Assembly: GCA_963844965.1 (NCBI GenBank)
Contig: CAWJQC010000009.1
Coordinates: 1-64,000, forward strand
Reading direction: 5' to 3'
Length of the DNA: 64,000 bases
Origin: an uncultured bacterium
Lineage (GTDB): Bacteria; Patescibacteriota; Minisyncoccia; UBA6257; 2-01-FULL-56-20
Part shown: positions 18,716 through 27,156 of the stretch, piece after piece
How the letters are laid out: every line of letters starts with the position of its first letter
Position numbering within the stretch: the stretch's first letter is position 1
Notes under the pieces: generated by a model
What the model saw: only the letters and a program-made list of their open reading frames with translations
Databases searched by the model: none
Told to the model about the DNA's origin: nothing
Program-made: the position numbers and the translations under genes

Positions 18716-18854
18716 GATTTTGTTTCACTAACCAAATCGTCAAATTTTTCTGCAAAACTTATTTATTATTCAGTTAGCGGGTTAACGTGTTAACGCGTTA
18801 GAATTTTTCAATCAGTTAACTCGCTAACTTGTCAACTCTTTAATATTATAATTT

Positions 18855-19967
18855 TTATGAATATTTGGACACATTCACCGCAATCCCCGACATCGTGAGG
18901 AACACCGCGAGCGCGGTCCCGCCGTAGCTTATGAAAGGCAGCGGCACGCCCGTAAGCGGGATCAGGCCGGAGATCGCGGCCATATTGGTCAATGACTGCA
19001 GTGCTATGACGGTGCCGAAGCCGACGAGGATCAGCCTGCCAAAGTTGTCGCGCGTTTTTCTCGCCAGCCAAAAAAGGCGGAAGGTCAGGATCGCGAACAG
19101 CGCGACGACACTGCCCGCGCCGATAAAGCCGAGCTCTTCCGAGATGACGGCGAAGATGGAATCGTCGGTCGGCGCCGGCAGAGAACCTATCTTTGATGCC
19201 GATTGGCCGTAGCCGACGCCCGTTATGCCTCCGGAACCGATAGCGGTCATCGCCTGATTAACCTGGTAATTTTGGTTTTCGGTATTGCCTGATTGATTCA
19301 GGAAGCCGGTAATTCTTGCCATCCTGTAAGGCGTCACGAGAATTATGGCGCCGAATCCTGCGGCCGCCAAGAGCACTATGGCGATAATATATCTCCATCG
19401 AGCGCCGCTTATGAAGTAAACTATAATCCCCGTGCCAAGAAGGATCATCACCGTGCTTGTCGCGGGCTGGAGTAAAAGTAAGATAGCGATGAATCCGGAA
19501 ATCAGAAGGAATGGCAGGAGGCCCTCAATGAAATTCGCGGCGCGTTTCAGTTTAGGATTGGAGAGCCACGCTGCGAGGTATACGACAAACGCCAGTTTCA
19601 TTATTTCGGCGGGTTGGAAACGCAAAGGACCCAAAGCGAGCCAGCGGTTGGTATTTCTCGCCGTAAGTCCGAGTTTGGTGAACACAAGAGCGAGAGCGAT
19701 AACGCCTACGATCAGAAGCGGCAAGGCGAATTTTTTAAGGTGGCCGTAATATATGGAATAGCCCAGAAAAAAACCGACGAGGCCGACGGACAAGCCGTTA
19801 TAAATTTGATGTTTTAGATAGTAATAACTGTCGTTGAACTGCGTTTTGCCGAGGTTGGAAGAAGCGCTCGCGAGCATCACAAGCCCGAATACGGTCAGAA
19901 CGAAAACGACCGCCATCAGAAAATAGTCCGGGCGATGCCCTGTTTTTGAATTGATTTTATTCAGCAT
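18855..19967 (-). CDS. ftsW: SEDS-family peptidoglycan glycosyltransferase FtsW/RodA
   Basis: 370 aa, 10 TM segments, GVPLPFISYGG signature. Immediately upstream of murG. Confidence 0.85.
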   Translation of the reverse strand: MLNKINSKTGHRPDYFLMAVVFVLTVFGLVMLASASSNLGKTQFNDSYYYLKHQIYNGLSVGLVGFFLGYSIYYGHLKKFALPLLIVGVIALALVFTKLGLTARNTNRWLALGPLRFQPAEIMKLAFVVYLAAWLSNPKLKRAANFIEGLLPFLLISGFIAILLLLQPATSTVMILLGTGIIVYFISGARWRYIIAIVLLAAAGFGAIILVTPYRMARITGFLNQSGNTENQNYQVNQAMTAIGSGGITGVGYGQSASKIGSLPAPTDDSIFAVISEELGFIGAGSVVALFAILTFRLFWLARKTRDNFGRLILVGFGTVIALQSLTNMAAISGLIPLTGVPLPFISYGGTALAVFLTMSGIAVNVSKYS

Positions 19968-20017
19968 CGCGGTTGTCTTTGGCTGGGTCTTTAATTTTCC
20001 GGTTTGCGGCGCGGCGG

Positions 20018-21586
20018 TCAGATCTTTGACGCCGGACCATGCCGTAGTGCGCGTCCATTGCGGCGGTCGCGGAGGCCTTCACTTTTTTTGAAAGCAACCA
20101 TCCCGTTTACAACCGTGTACTCAATCTCAACGTTCTTTTCGGCGGCGGTTCCCTCGGCGGCGCCGGCCGCTTCGTTAACTTTAAAAACTACAAGATCCGC
20201 AAAGTTCCCTTCTTTTACGTCTCCCCTCCCCTTTATGTTGAATTTTCGCGCGGGATCGCCGGTTATTTTTTCTATTGCGGCGTCAAGCGGCATGATATTT
20301 TGGGAAACAGCCATCTTCAAAAATTTCGTGAACGTATTCGTCGCCCTCTCCGGTTTCATGATTCTAACCTTCTCCGAATCGCCCATCGCCGCGGCATTGG
20401 AGGCGATGAAAGAGCGCGGATTTTCAATCGCGCGCTTTATCAGATTTGCATTGATGTTCTTATAGAAGACCACACCGCGCAGTTCGGTCGCCGCCATCAG
20501 CTTAAGCAAGGTTCGCTTGTAATCATCGGTATTATAAATCTCCGACAGCTCTTCAAGCGTTTTGCCGACCAGAAGATCGTTGCCCGGCGCCTGGGCCAAA
20601 ATGAAATTTTTCGGATTCATCGCCGACAAGTCCTTTATGATCTTTTCGCCGAGCCAATCGTCTTTCACGTTGGAGAGCATAACGTTCCTGCCGCCGTTCT
20701 GAGCCCAAACCGGCAGGAACGTATAGATGGGCAGGACGCTCGTGTCAAAAGGATAAATGTCAAAATTGAGATCCGCATCGGCGGGCAAATCGCGAATTTC
20801 GCGGAGAGCTTCTCCGTAGGCCTTTTCCGTTCCCGCGAACGGAAGAAAATGACTGATAAGCGTCTTTACACCGGTTTCTTTCGCCAGCTTTATGGTCTCG
20901 TCAACGGAATCTTTAAGCTCGGGTCCACCTTTGCGCAAATGCGTGGCATAGACGCCGTTGTATTTTTTCACGATCTCCGCCAGATGTTTTATCTCCGAAT
21001 ACGGGGTTCTTGAACCGTGCACATACCCCAAGCCGGTTGAAAGCCCGAAGGCGCCTTCTTGGAGCGACCGCTCAAGAACTCCCCCCAGAACGCGGAGTTC
21101 ATTTTTGGAAAGGTCGCGAAGATTGTCGCCAACGAGGGCGCGGCGCACGGTTGAGTGGCCGACGAGCGTCGCGAAATTGACGCCGAGGGATAGTTTGTTG
21201 AGCGCCGTGAGAAATTCCGCGACCGAATGCCAGCCGACGTTCACTTTGCGTATGTCGCCCCACTTTTGCACGGATTCCAAACTGCCGTAGAGGAGCGGCG
21301 CGAGTGACGAACCACACATGCCGCCGATAATTGTCGTAACTCCTTGTTGCAGGAAGTCCTCCTGCTGCGGATGGTCCAATAAACTCAAATAATGGTCGGA
21401 GTCGGTGTTGACGTCAATGAATCCTGGGCTTAGATACGCTCCCTGGCCGTCAATTATTTCGTCCGCTTTCTTGTTGCCGAAGTCGCCGATCGCCGAAATC
21501 TTGTCTCCGGTCACAAAAATGTCGTGCGTCCCGGAAAGTTTTTCCACCGAACCGAGAATTTGGACGTTTTTTATCAAAAGTGTCAT
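20018..21586 (-). CDS. amidohydrolase-family protein (D-aminoacylase / N-acyl-D-amino-acid deacylase-like)
   Basis: 522 aa. GFIDVNTDSDHY metal-binding N-terminal motif and TIM-barrel amidohydrolase layout. Confidence 0.6.
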   Translation of the reverse strand: MTLLIKNVQILGSVEKLSGTHDIFVTGDKISAIGDFGNKKADEIIDGQGAYLSPGFIDVNTDSDHYLSLLDHPQQEDFLQQGVTTIIGGMCGSSLAPLLYGSLESVQKWGDIRKVNVGWHSVAEFLTALNKLSLGVNFATLVGHSTVRRALVGDNLRDLSKNELRVLGGVLERSLQEGAFGLSTGLGYVHGSRTPYSEIKHLAEIVKKYNGVYATHLRKGGPELKDSVDETIKLAKETGVKTLISHFLPFAGTEKAYGEALREIRDLPADADLNFDIYPFDTSVLPIYTFLPVWAQNGGRNVMLSNVKDDWLGEKIIKDLSAMNPKNFILAQAPGNDLLVGKTLEELSEIYNTDDYKRTLLKLMAATELRGVVFYKNINANLIKRAIENPRSFIASNAAAMGDSEKVRIMKPERATNTFTKFLKMAVSQNIMPLDAAIEKITGDPARKFNIKGRGDVKEGNFADLVVFKVNEAAGAAEGTAAEKNVEIEYTVVNGMVAFKKSEGLRDRRNGRALRHGPASKI

Positions 21587-21659
21587 GTTGATTTAATTAT
21601 AATCTATTTGATAAATACAATAAAAGCTGGTCCGCAAGGACCAGCCATATTCCGAGCCG

Positions 21660-22388
21660 TTAACGCGCGGCGTCGGGAACGATAATTGTAAAACTTATAT
21701 CGTAGCGCACACCTCCCACAGCGTACCGCCCGTTTTCGTCGGGAAACACGCTAAATTGGTTTATAAGAGAACACTCTTTGTCTTCAAACGAAAATGTCGG
21801 TTCTAATTCCGTTATCATGCGGTATAATCGCGGCCATGAATCTACTATGTCGTTCTCACTGACCGTTCCGTAATCGGCGTACGGCGACTGAACAACCAAC
21901 GACAGGCCTGGTAGTTCTATCGCCGGAATGATGTCCCCTTTCGGATAACCGATTATAGAACGCTGCAATCTTTTTTTGGGGGGCAAACGATTCTGATTCC
22001 TCCAGGACGCCGCGCTTTCGTCCGTATGGTACAAATATAGTGTGATATTGGACAGCAAATCGCCAAATGTGGCAATCGTACGGTTGCTCAAAATAATATG
22101 GCCATGGCCGAAATCGTCCCGGCTTAATTTTTTAAAATATCCGGCTCGGTATATGAGTTCTATGTGTCCAGCCATAATCCGGCCATACTTATCGGAAACC
22201 GCCACGTGTACATAACGCACTTTTGTTTTACTCAGCCAAAAGAATTGTTCTGGCTGTTGCGCCACCATCACATCCGCAAACGCAAATAATAAAAGCGAGA
22301 ATAAAAACACACGCGTTTTCAACTTCGGCCTCCTCAAGTAAATCAAATTGGCTGTTGTCAGCATACCCCCGAGCTGGTGGCGCGTCAA
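21660..22388 (-). CDS. hypothetical secreted protein
   Basis: 242 aa; probable signal peptide (RVFLFSLLLFAFADVMVAQQ) if translation starts at an internal Met. Confidence 0.4.
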   Translation of the reverse strand: MTRHQLGGMLTTANLIYLRRPKLKTRVFLFSLLLFAFADVMVAQQPEQFFWLSKTKVRYVHVAVSDKYGRIMAGHIELIYRAGYFKKLSRDDFGHGHIILSNRTIATFGDLLSNITLYLYHTDESAASWRNQNRLPPKKRLQRSIIGYPKGDIIPAIELPGLSLVVQSPYADYGTVSENDIVDSWPRLYRMITELEPTFSFEDKECSLINQFSVFPDENGRYAVGGVRYDISFTIIVPDAAR

Positions 22389-22452
22389 TATTTCCTAGTC
22401 ATTATCTACGCAACCCGTCCGTTCCAAAAATGAAGATTATCCGTGCCCCAGC

Positions 22453-23397
22453 CTATTTTTCCGTATAAACTTCTAATTTTTGCGTGTCAGCCAGGACTTC
22501 AATCGTGCCGTTCTGGTCCGTGCGGAAAACTTTGGCGGTAGTTGAGGCAATCCGTGCGAGTGTCTCTGGCGCCGGGTGTCCGTATGTATTATTCGCGCCG
22601 ACCTCAATGACCGCTATCTCCGGGTTCACCGCCTGCAAAAATTCTTCCGATGAAGAATATTTTGAACCATGATGGCCGACCTTCAAAACATCGGCGGCAA
22701 GTTCGGCGCCGTTTTCTACCAGATAGTCCTCAATATTGGAACCCGTGTCGGAAGTTAAAAGTGTCCTCAGACCGCCAGTTTTTATAAGTTCAACGAAGGC
22801 GGTGTCGTTCAGTTCCGCGCTTTGGATAAAATTTTTGTCTGGCGAAAGGAAATCAACTTCACTGCCCGAATAGTTTATCTTGTCGCCGGCACCAAGCGTT
22901 ATAAGTGGTATATTCTGCGATTTTATTTTATCTAAAAGCGTTTGCCACTCCGCGTTTAGCGGAGAATCTGAACGGCCGTTAAAGATAAAGGCGCCGAAGC
23001 GGTAATTATCCAGAAGATAGTTGAATCCGTTAAAGTGGTCCAGTTGCGGATGCGAAATTATGCCGATGTCTATATAGCGGTCGCCGCCAATGGCACGGCT
23101 CATGCTTCTGAGAACGCTTTTATCTGGTCCGGCATCGGTCAGAATTTTTACCCCCACACCAGAACGAGGATTCAATAAAAAATCGAGCGTATCAAGTATC
23201 AATCCTCGTTTGGTGTGGGGGTGAACATTGCCGGGAAAAACCGCGAGTTCTGCGTCGCCCTGGCCGACATCCAGAAAATAGATCCGCGGCTCGGAGACGG
23301 GCTTCGCGAATACGATTTCATACCAGACAAAAACCGTGAGCGCGACGAGAGAGACCGCTATTATCACACTTAATCCGCCGGTTCTTTTGTTTGTCAT
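22453..23397 (-). CDS. comEC: ComEC/Rec2 C-terminal metallo-beta-lactamase domain protein (separate ORF)
   Basis: 314 aa. N-terminal TM, YFLDVGQGDA, HPQLDHFNG, VGHHGS motifs of the ComEC MBL domain. ATGA start/stop overlap with the upstream ORF. Confidence 0.8.
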   Translation of the reverse strand: MTNKRTGGLSVIIAVSLVALTVFVWYEIVFAKPVSEPRIYFLDVGQGDAELAVFPGNVHPHTKRGLILDTLDFLLNPRSGVGVKILTDAGPDKSVLRSMSRAIGGDRYIDIGIISHPQLDHFNGFNYLLDNYRFGAFIFNGRSDSPLNAEWQTLLDKIKSQNIPLITLGAGDKINYSGSEVDFLSPDKNFIQSAELNDTAFVELIKTGGLRTLLTSDTGSNIEDYLVENGAELAADVLKVGHHGSKYSSSEEFLQAVNPEIAVIEVGANNTYGHPAPETLARIASTTAKVFRTDQNGTIEVLADTQKLEVYTEK

Positions 23398-24836
23398 GTT
23401 GGATTTTGTGTGACGGCCGCCACGGGTTTATGCGGCGAAAAATAATATATAACGACGACCAGCAATCCGTAGTAAAATATTGTGGCAAGCCAGGAATTGA
23501 AAGCAAGCGGCAGAGGCACGCTTAATTCCGCAAAAAGTTTTATGACGCCGATCTCGTAGAAAAGCAGAAGTTCCGCCAGTTTTGCGACTGCGAATCCCAG
23601 ATAAAAGTAGATTGAGCTTAGGGCGGCGAGGATGAACCCCAGAAACATCGTGAACGGCACGAAGACCATTATTAAAACGTTCGCCAGGACCGCCATTAAG
23701 GAAAACTGGCCGAAAGCCGAGATCATAAGGGGCATGACCGCGAGTTGCGCGGAAAGCGTAACGAGCGCGGTTTCTTGGAGGACCGGAGTATTTTTCGCAT
23801 CCAGCCGGAAAAGTTTCTTAAATGCGGGCGTGAGGTATGCGATCCCCAGTAAGCTCAGGAACGACAGCTGAAAACCGAGGTTGAAAACCAGGATGGTCGG
23901 GTCAACGAACGTCATGAGGAGTGCCGTAAGCGCTATTGCGTTCCTCCGGTTGTAGATACGCCCGGTTTCTCTGGCGAGAAACGCAAGGAAGGCCATGATG
24001 GCCGCGCGCACGGCCGAGGCCTCGGCGCCGACCATCAATACGAAAAGAATGATTACGGCAAGCGTAAGATAAAAAGTTTTCCGCCGCGAAAGAAAACAGC
24101 CGAAGGCGAAAGCGACCGTCCAAGCGATAATTCCTATCTTATATCCGAATTGCACGACCACGTGCGTCGTGCCGGATAAAGACATCTGCTCTTTGAATTC
24201 CTGGCTGAAACCGGAGCGCGAGCCAAGCGTGAGCCCGCCCATAAACGCGGCTTCCTCGGACGGGAGCGACTTCTGGAATTGTGAAAGCAAATAATTTTTG
24301 AAGTCAAAAAGTTTTTCCTTTAACCAAAAACCGCGGTGTTCGGCGATGATGGAAATTGTTTTCGGGAACGCGACTGTCGGCTCTTGCGCGACCGATTGCG
24401 CCGGCTCAATCATTCCTTTGATTTCAAGCAGGTCGCCGTATTTGTAATTTTCAAGTGGCGAGGTCAGAATACTTACACTTCCTTTGAGCGGTGGCTGAAG
24501 TTCCACTTCCAAACTTTGATATTTATCGTAAATCTTCGGCTCATCCGCGATTGTTGCCAAAAAGCGAACAGTCGCATTATAAGTTATATTTTCGTTCTGG
24601 TGTTTGATATTCAGATAAAAATGATAATAAAAAGCTCCCGCGAAGAGGAGCAACAACAAAAACAGGAGAAATTTCCAATATTTTAATTTCCAAACCGAAA
24701 ACAAAATCACAAATCCCGCGGTGGCTGCTACCAGAAGCACTACCGCTATATTCCATTCCAAACTCGCCGCGGCAACGCCCGCGAGAAACGCCAGCGCCCC
24801 GCCGAAAACCACATCCGCCGCGACCAAGTTTCGCAT
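23394..24836 (-). CDS. comEC: ComEC/Rec2 N-terminal membrane (competence/DUF4131) domain protein
   Basis: 480 aa polytopic membrane protein with the competence-domain region (GLTLGSRSGFSQEFKEQMSLSGTTHVV). Its stop overlaps the start of the MBL-domain ORF. Confidence 0.75.
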   Translation of the reverse strand: MRNLVAADVVFGGALAFLAGVAAASLEWNIAVVLLVAATAGFVILFSVWKLKYWKFLLFLLLLLFAGAFYYHFYLNIKHQNENITYNATVRFLATIADEPKIYDKYQSLEVELQPPLKGSVSILTSPLENYKYGDLLEIKGMIEPAQSVAQEPTVAFPKTISIIAEHRGFWLKEKLFDFKNYLLSQFQKSLPSEEAAFMGGLTLGSRSGFSQEFKEQMSLSGTTHVVVQFGYKIGIIAWTVAFAFGCFLSRRKTFYLTLAVIILFVLMVGAEASAVRAAIMAFLAFLARETGRIYNRRNAIALTALLMTFVDPTILVFNLGFQLSFLSLLGIAYLTPAFKKLFRLDAKNTPVLQETALVTLSAQLAVMPLMISAFGQFSLMAVLANVLIMVFVPFTMFLGFILAALSSIYFYLGFAVAKLAELLLFYEIGVIKLFAELSVPLPLAFNSWLATIFYYGLLVVVIYYFSPHKPVAAVTQNPT

Positions 24837-24888
24837 TGCTTATTAATACACTAACCAGGGCCTGATTGGCAAGCAAAACGCAGAGCCG

Positions 24889-25485
24889 CTAGATGTATTT
24901 GTAGGATATTTTTCCGTATTCGTCTGTTGTTTTTATTAAAACAAATTCTAGGTTTCCATTGCGGATTGTTCTCTCTATTGAGCTCTGAACTTTCTCCTCG
25001 GTCCTATTTTTTGCAGACTTAGCCATGAAAGATATTTTTTCAATATTGTCTTTGGTAGTCATGCCATGGAAAACAACAAATTCAACCGGCGAAAACAACA
25101 ATCTCACATCTTTTGGGTAGATATCTCGTTTTAGGAAAATCTTATCCATGCCTATTTTCTTTATTTGATTCACGGCCTGTCTTCTGCCCCTAAGCTTCAC
25201 CTTCCTTGTATAAATTGGCTCAACTTTTTCGTACTGCTCTTGTTTATCAGCTAAATCATTTTGTAGATCATTAAAATCCCATCCCAATAAATCAACTTGG
25301 CCTCTGTAAGAATCAAGCCTCTCTTGTTCTTCGATAATCTTACTTAATTCTGGCAATGTTACCCTTTTGCCCATTACGAAAAGGATGACGGCACTTAATT
25401 GAAAGGTCTTATTACAGCATGGGCATATACCAAACATATAATGCCGCTCTTTATAAAACAGAACCAAAAATTTTGTAATATCCAT
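24889..25485 (-). CDS. hypothetical protein, paralog A of a tandem pair: N-terminal CxxC zinc-ribbon, coiled coil, C-terminal putative PD-(D/E)xK/Hjc-like nuclease fold
   Basis: 198 aa. CPCCNKTF; C-terminal VEFVVFHG...EKISFMAKSAKN aligns with paralog B. AT-rich. Confidence 0.4.
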   Translation of the reverse strand: MDITKFLVLFYKERHYMFGICPCCNKTFQLSAVILFVMGKRVTLPELSKIIEEQERLDSYRGQVDLLGWDFNDLQNDLADKQEQYEKVEPIYTRKVKLRGRRQAVNQIKKIGMDKIFLKRDIYPKDVRLLFSPVEFVVFHGMTTKDNIEKISFMAKSAKNRTEEKVQSSIERTIRNGNLEFVLIKTTDEYGKISYKYI

Positions 25486-25486
25486 T

Positions 25487-26053
25487 TTAATAAGGTATTA
25501 AGTTGACAGTTTGTTTTCCCTCTTTGGCTTCTTTGACCCGTTCCCTTACCTGACGCTGGGTTCTATTTAGGGACTGCTGGCCTGTCTTGGCTTCAATAAA
25601 TGAAATTTTTTCAACCCTTCCCTTTTTTGTTAGTCCGCCAAAAGATATGTAATCAATTGGGTTTAATATGGCCCTACAGTCCCCTCTATCAAACCTGAAC
25701 TTGTTTAAGGCCGGTAAAATTTGGTCGAATATTTGGCCAATGTTTGTATACTTTGTAATAACTTGAACCCTCTTGGGTCTCTCTATTTTGCGATGTTTTA
25801 ATTTTTTTATTTTTTCTTTTATGTCTTCGATTTTTTTCAACCAAGTCTGCTCGTCTTTCTTTGTTTCTTCAAAACCCTTTTTGATATTATTGCGTTGCTG
25901 ATCTAATTTATTTAAAACATACCCAGGGTATGGTTTTTTTCTGATATCAAAAAGGTGGGCACTCTTCACACCAAAAGTTTCTCCGCATTTATTGCATTTA
26001 ATTGTCAGGCCCCTAACGCTCTCCAGTATTTTTATTATGTCAATTTCGTTCAC
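25487..26053 (-). CDS. hypothetical protein, paralog B: N-terminal CxxC zinc-ribbon, coiled coil, C-terminal Hjc/PD-(D/E)xK-like motif (IDYISF...IEAKTG)
   Basis: 188 aa. CNKCGETF; D-Y-I...(E)KISFIEAKT resembles Holliday-junction-resolvase/archaeal Hjc-type D...E.K catalytic arrangement. Confidence 0.4.
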   Translation of the reverse strand: MNEIDIIKILESVRGLTIKCNKCGETFGVKSAHLFDIRKKPYPGYVLNKLDQQRNNIKKGFEETKKDEQTWLKKIEDIKEKIKKLKHRKIERPKRVQVITKYTNIGQIFDQILPALNKFRFDRGDCRAILNPIDYISFGGLTKKGRVEKISFIEAKTGQQSLNRTQRQVRERVKEAKEGKQTVNLIPY

Positions 26054-26101
26054 GTTATTTATTTGCGTTTTATCCCATTGCTAAATCTTATATCCTATCG
26101 G

Positions 26102-26851
26102 CTACCCCCTTCTCCACTTGGCAATCTTTTTATGGTCGCCGGAAAGCAGAATTTTTGGAACAACCCAGCGCCGCCGCTCGCTTCTTGACGAGATTTTTTT
26201 CGCATGCTTTCTTATTTTCCTATTCGCGCGAATTAGAAATGGTGATTTCTTCTTCGCTCCAACGCTTAGCGATTTGCGATTTGCGCTTGGCTCGAATATT
26301 TCCGGTCGCGTGTACGTTGGGAACGAACCGTTTATTTCCTCAAGCGATTCGGTCTTGCCCAAAAAACCGGGCAGGAAGCGACTCACGGATTCAATCAAAA
26401 CAAGTGCAGGCAGTTCGCCGCCAGACAATACATAATCCCCTATTGAGATTTCCTCGTCGGCGACATACCTCGCCACGCGCTCGTCAACGCCTTCATAACG
26501 GCCGCAAATCAGAATCAGCTGGTCGTATCTTGCAAGCCGTTTCGCGACTTTCGCGTCCAGTTTTTTTCCGCGAGTGGAAAAAAGAATTACTCTTTGGCTT
26601 GTTTTCTTGCCTCGTGATACGTGATGCGTGATATGTGATACAGCTTTATATATAGGTTCGATTTTGAGCACCATCCCCGGTCCTCCGCCAAATGGCTTGT
26701 CGTCAACTTTGTGGTGTTTGTCAGACGTGAAATCGCGGAGATTATGAATTTTTATATCAATCAATTTCTTCGCCTGGGCGTGCTTAATGAGCGACTCGTT
26801 GAGATAAGATTTGAATGCGTTGGGAAATATTGTAATTACATCAAATCTCAT
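26102..26851 (-). CDS. trmD: tRNA (guanine37-N1)-methyltransferase
   Basis: 249 aa. MRFDVITIFP N-terminus, SPOUT fold, DERVARYVADEEISIGDYVLSGGELPALVLIE, with a short insertion and basic C-terminal tail. Confidence 0.88.
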   Translation of the reverse strand: MRFDVITIFPNAFKSYLNESLIKHAQAKKLIDIKIHNLRDFTSDKHHKVDDKPFGGGPGMVLKIEPIYKAVSHITHHVSRGKKTSQRVILFSTRGKKLDAKVAKRLARYDQLILICGRYEGVDERVARYVADEEISIGDYVLSGGELPALVLIESVSRFLPGFLGKTESLEEINGSFPTYTRPEIFEPSANRKSLSVGAKKKSPFLIRANRKIRKHAKKISSRSERRRWVVPKILLSGDHKKIAKWRRG

Positions 26852-26927
26852 AAAGATGAATCTCCGCCAAAGGCGGATCCGCCTCCGGCGGAAAAAATCT
26901 TGGGAAAAATAGTGATAATATCAAACC

Positions 26928-27125
26928 TCATACGCCGCTGTCATCATATTTCCCGTCACCCTCGTTTTCGTTGCCGCCTTTTTCTTCGTTTTCCGCCAAC
27001 TCTTCTAAGGACAGTTCTTCGCCCTCGTCGCTTTCCTCGCTGCCCTCTTCGGCCAGAAGCTCTTCGCGGTCTTCGTCCGTGCCGTAAAGCGGTGGTTTTC
27101 CGCCATCCTCATCATTTTCGTTCAC
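26928..27125 (-). CDS. possible small highly acidic protein (65 aa, D/E-rich)
   Basis: ORF between the ATPase gene and trmD. Composition-biased; could be spurious. Followed by two short GC hairpins (26865-26900). Confidence 0.2.
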   Translation of the reverse strand: MNENDEDGGKPPLYGTDEDREELLAEEGSEESDEGEELSLEELAENEEKGGNENEGDGKYDDSGV

Positions 27126-27156
27126 GTCGGCTTTCTTGTCGTCGCCAGCGCCGGGA

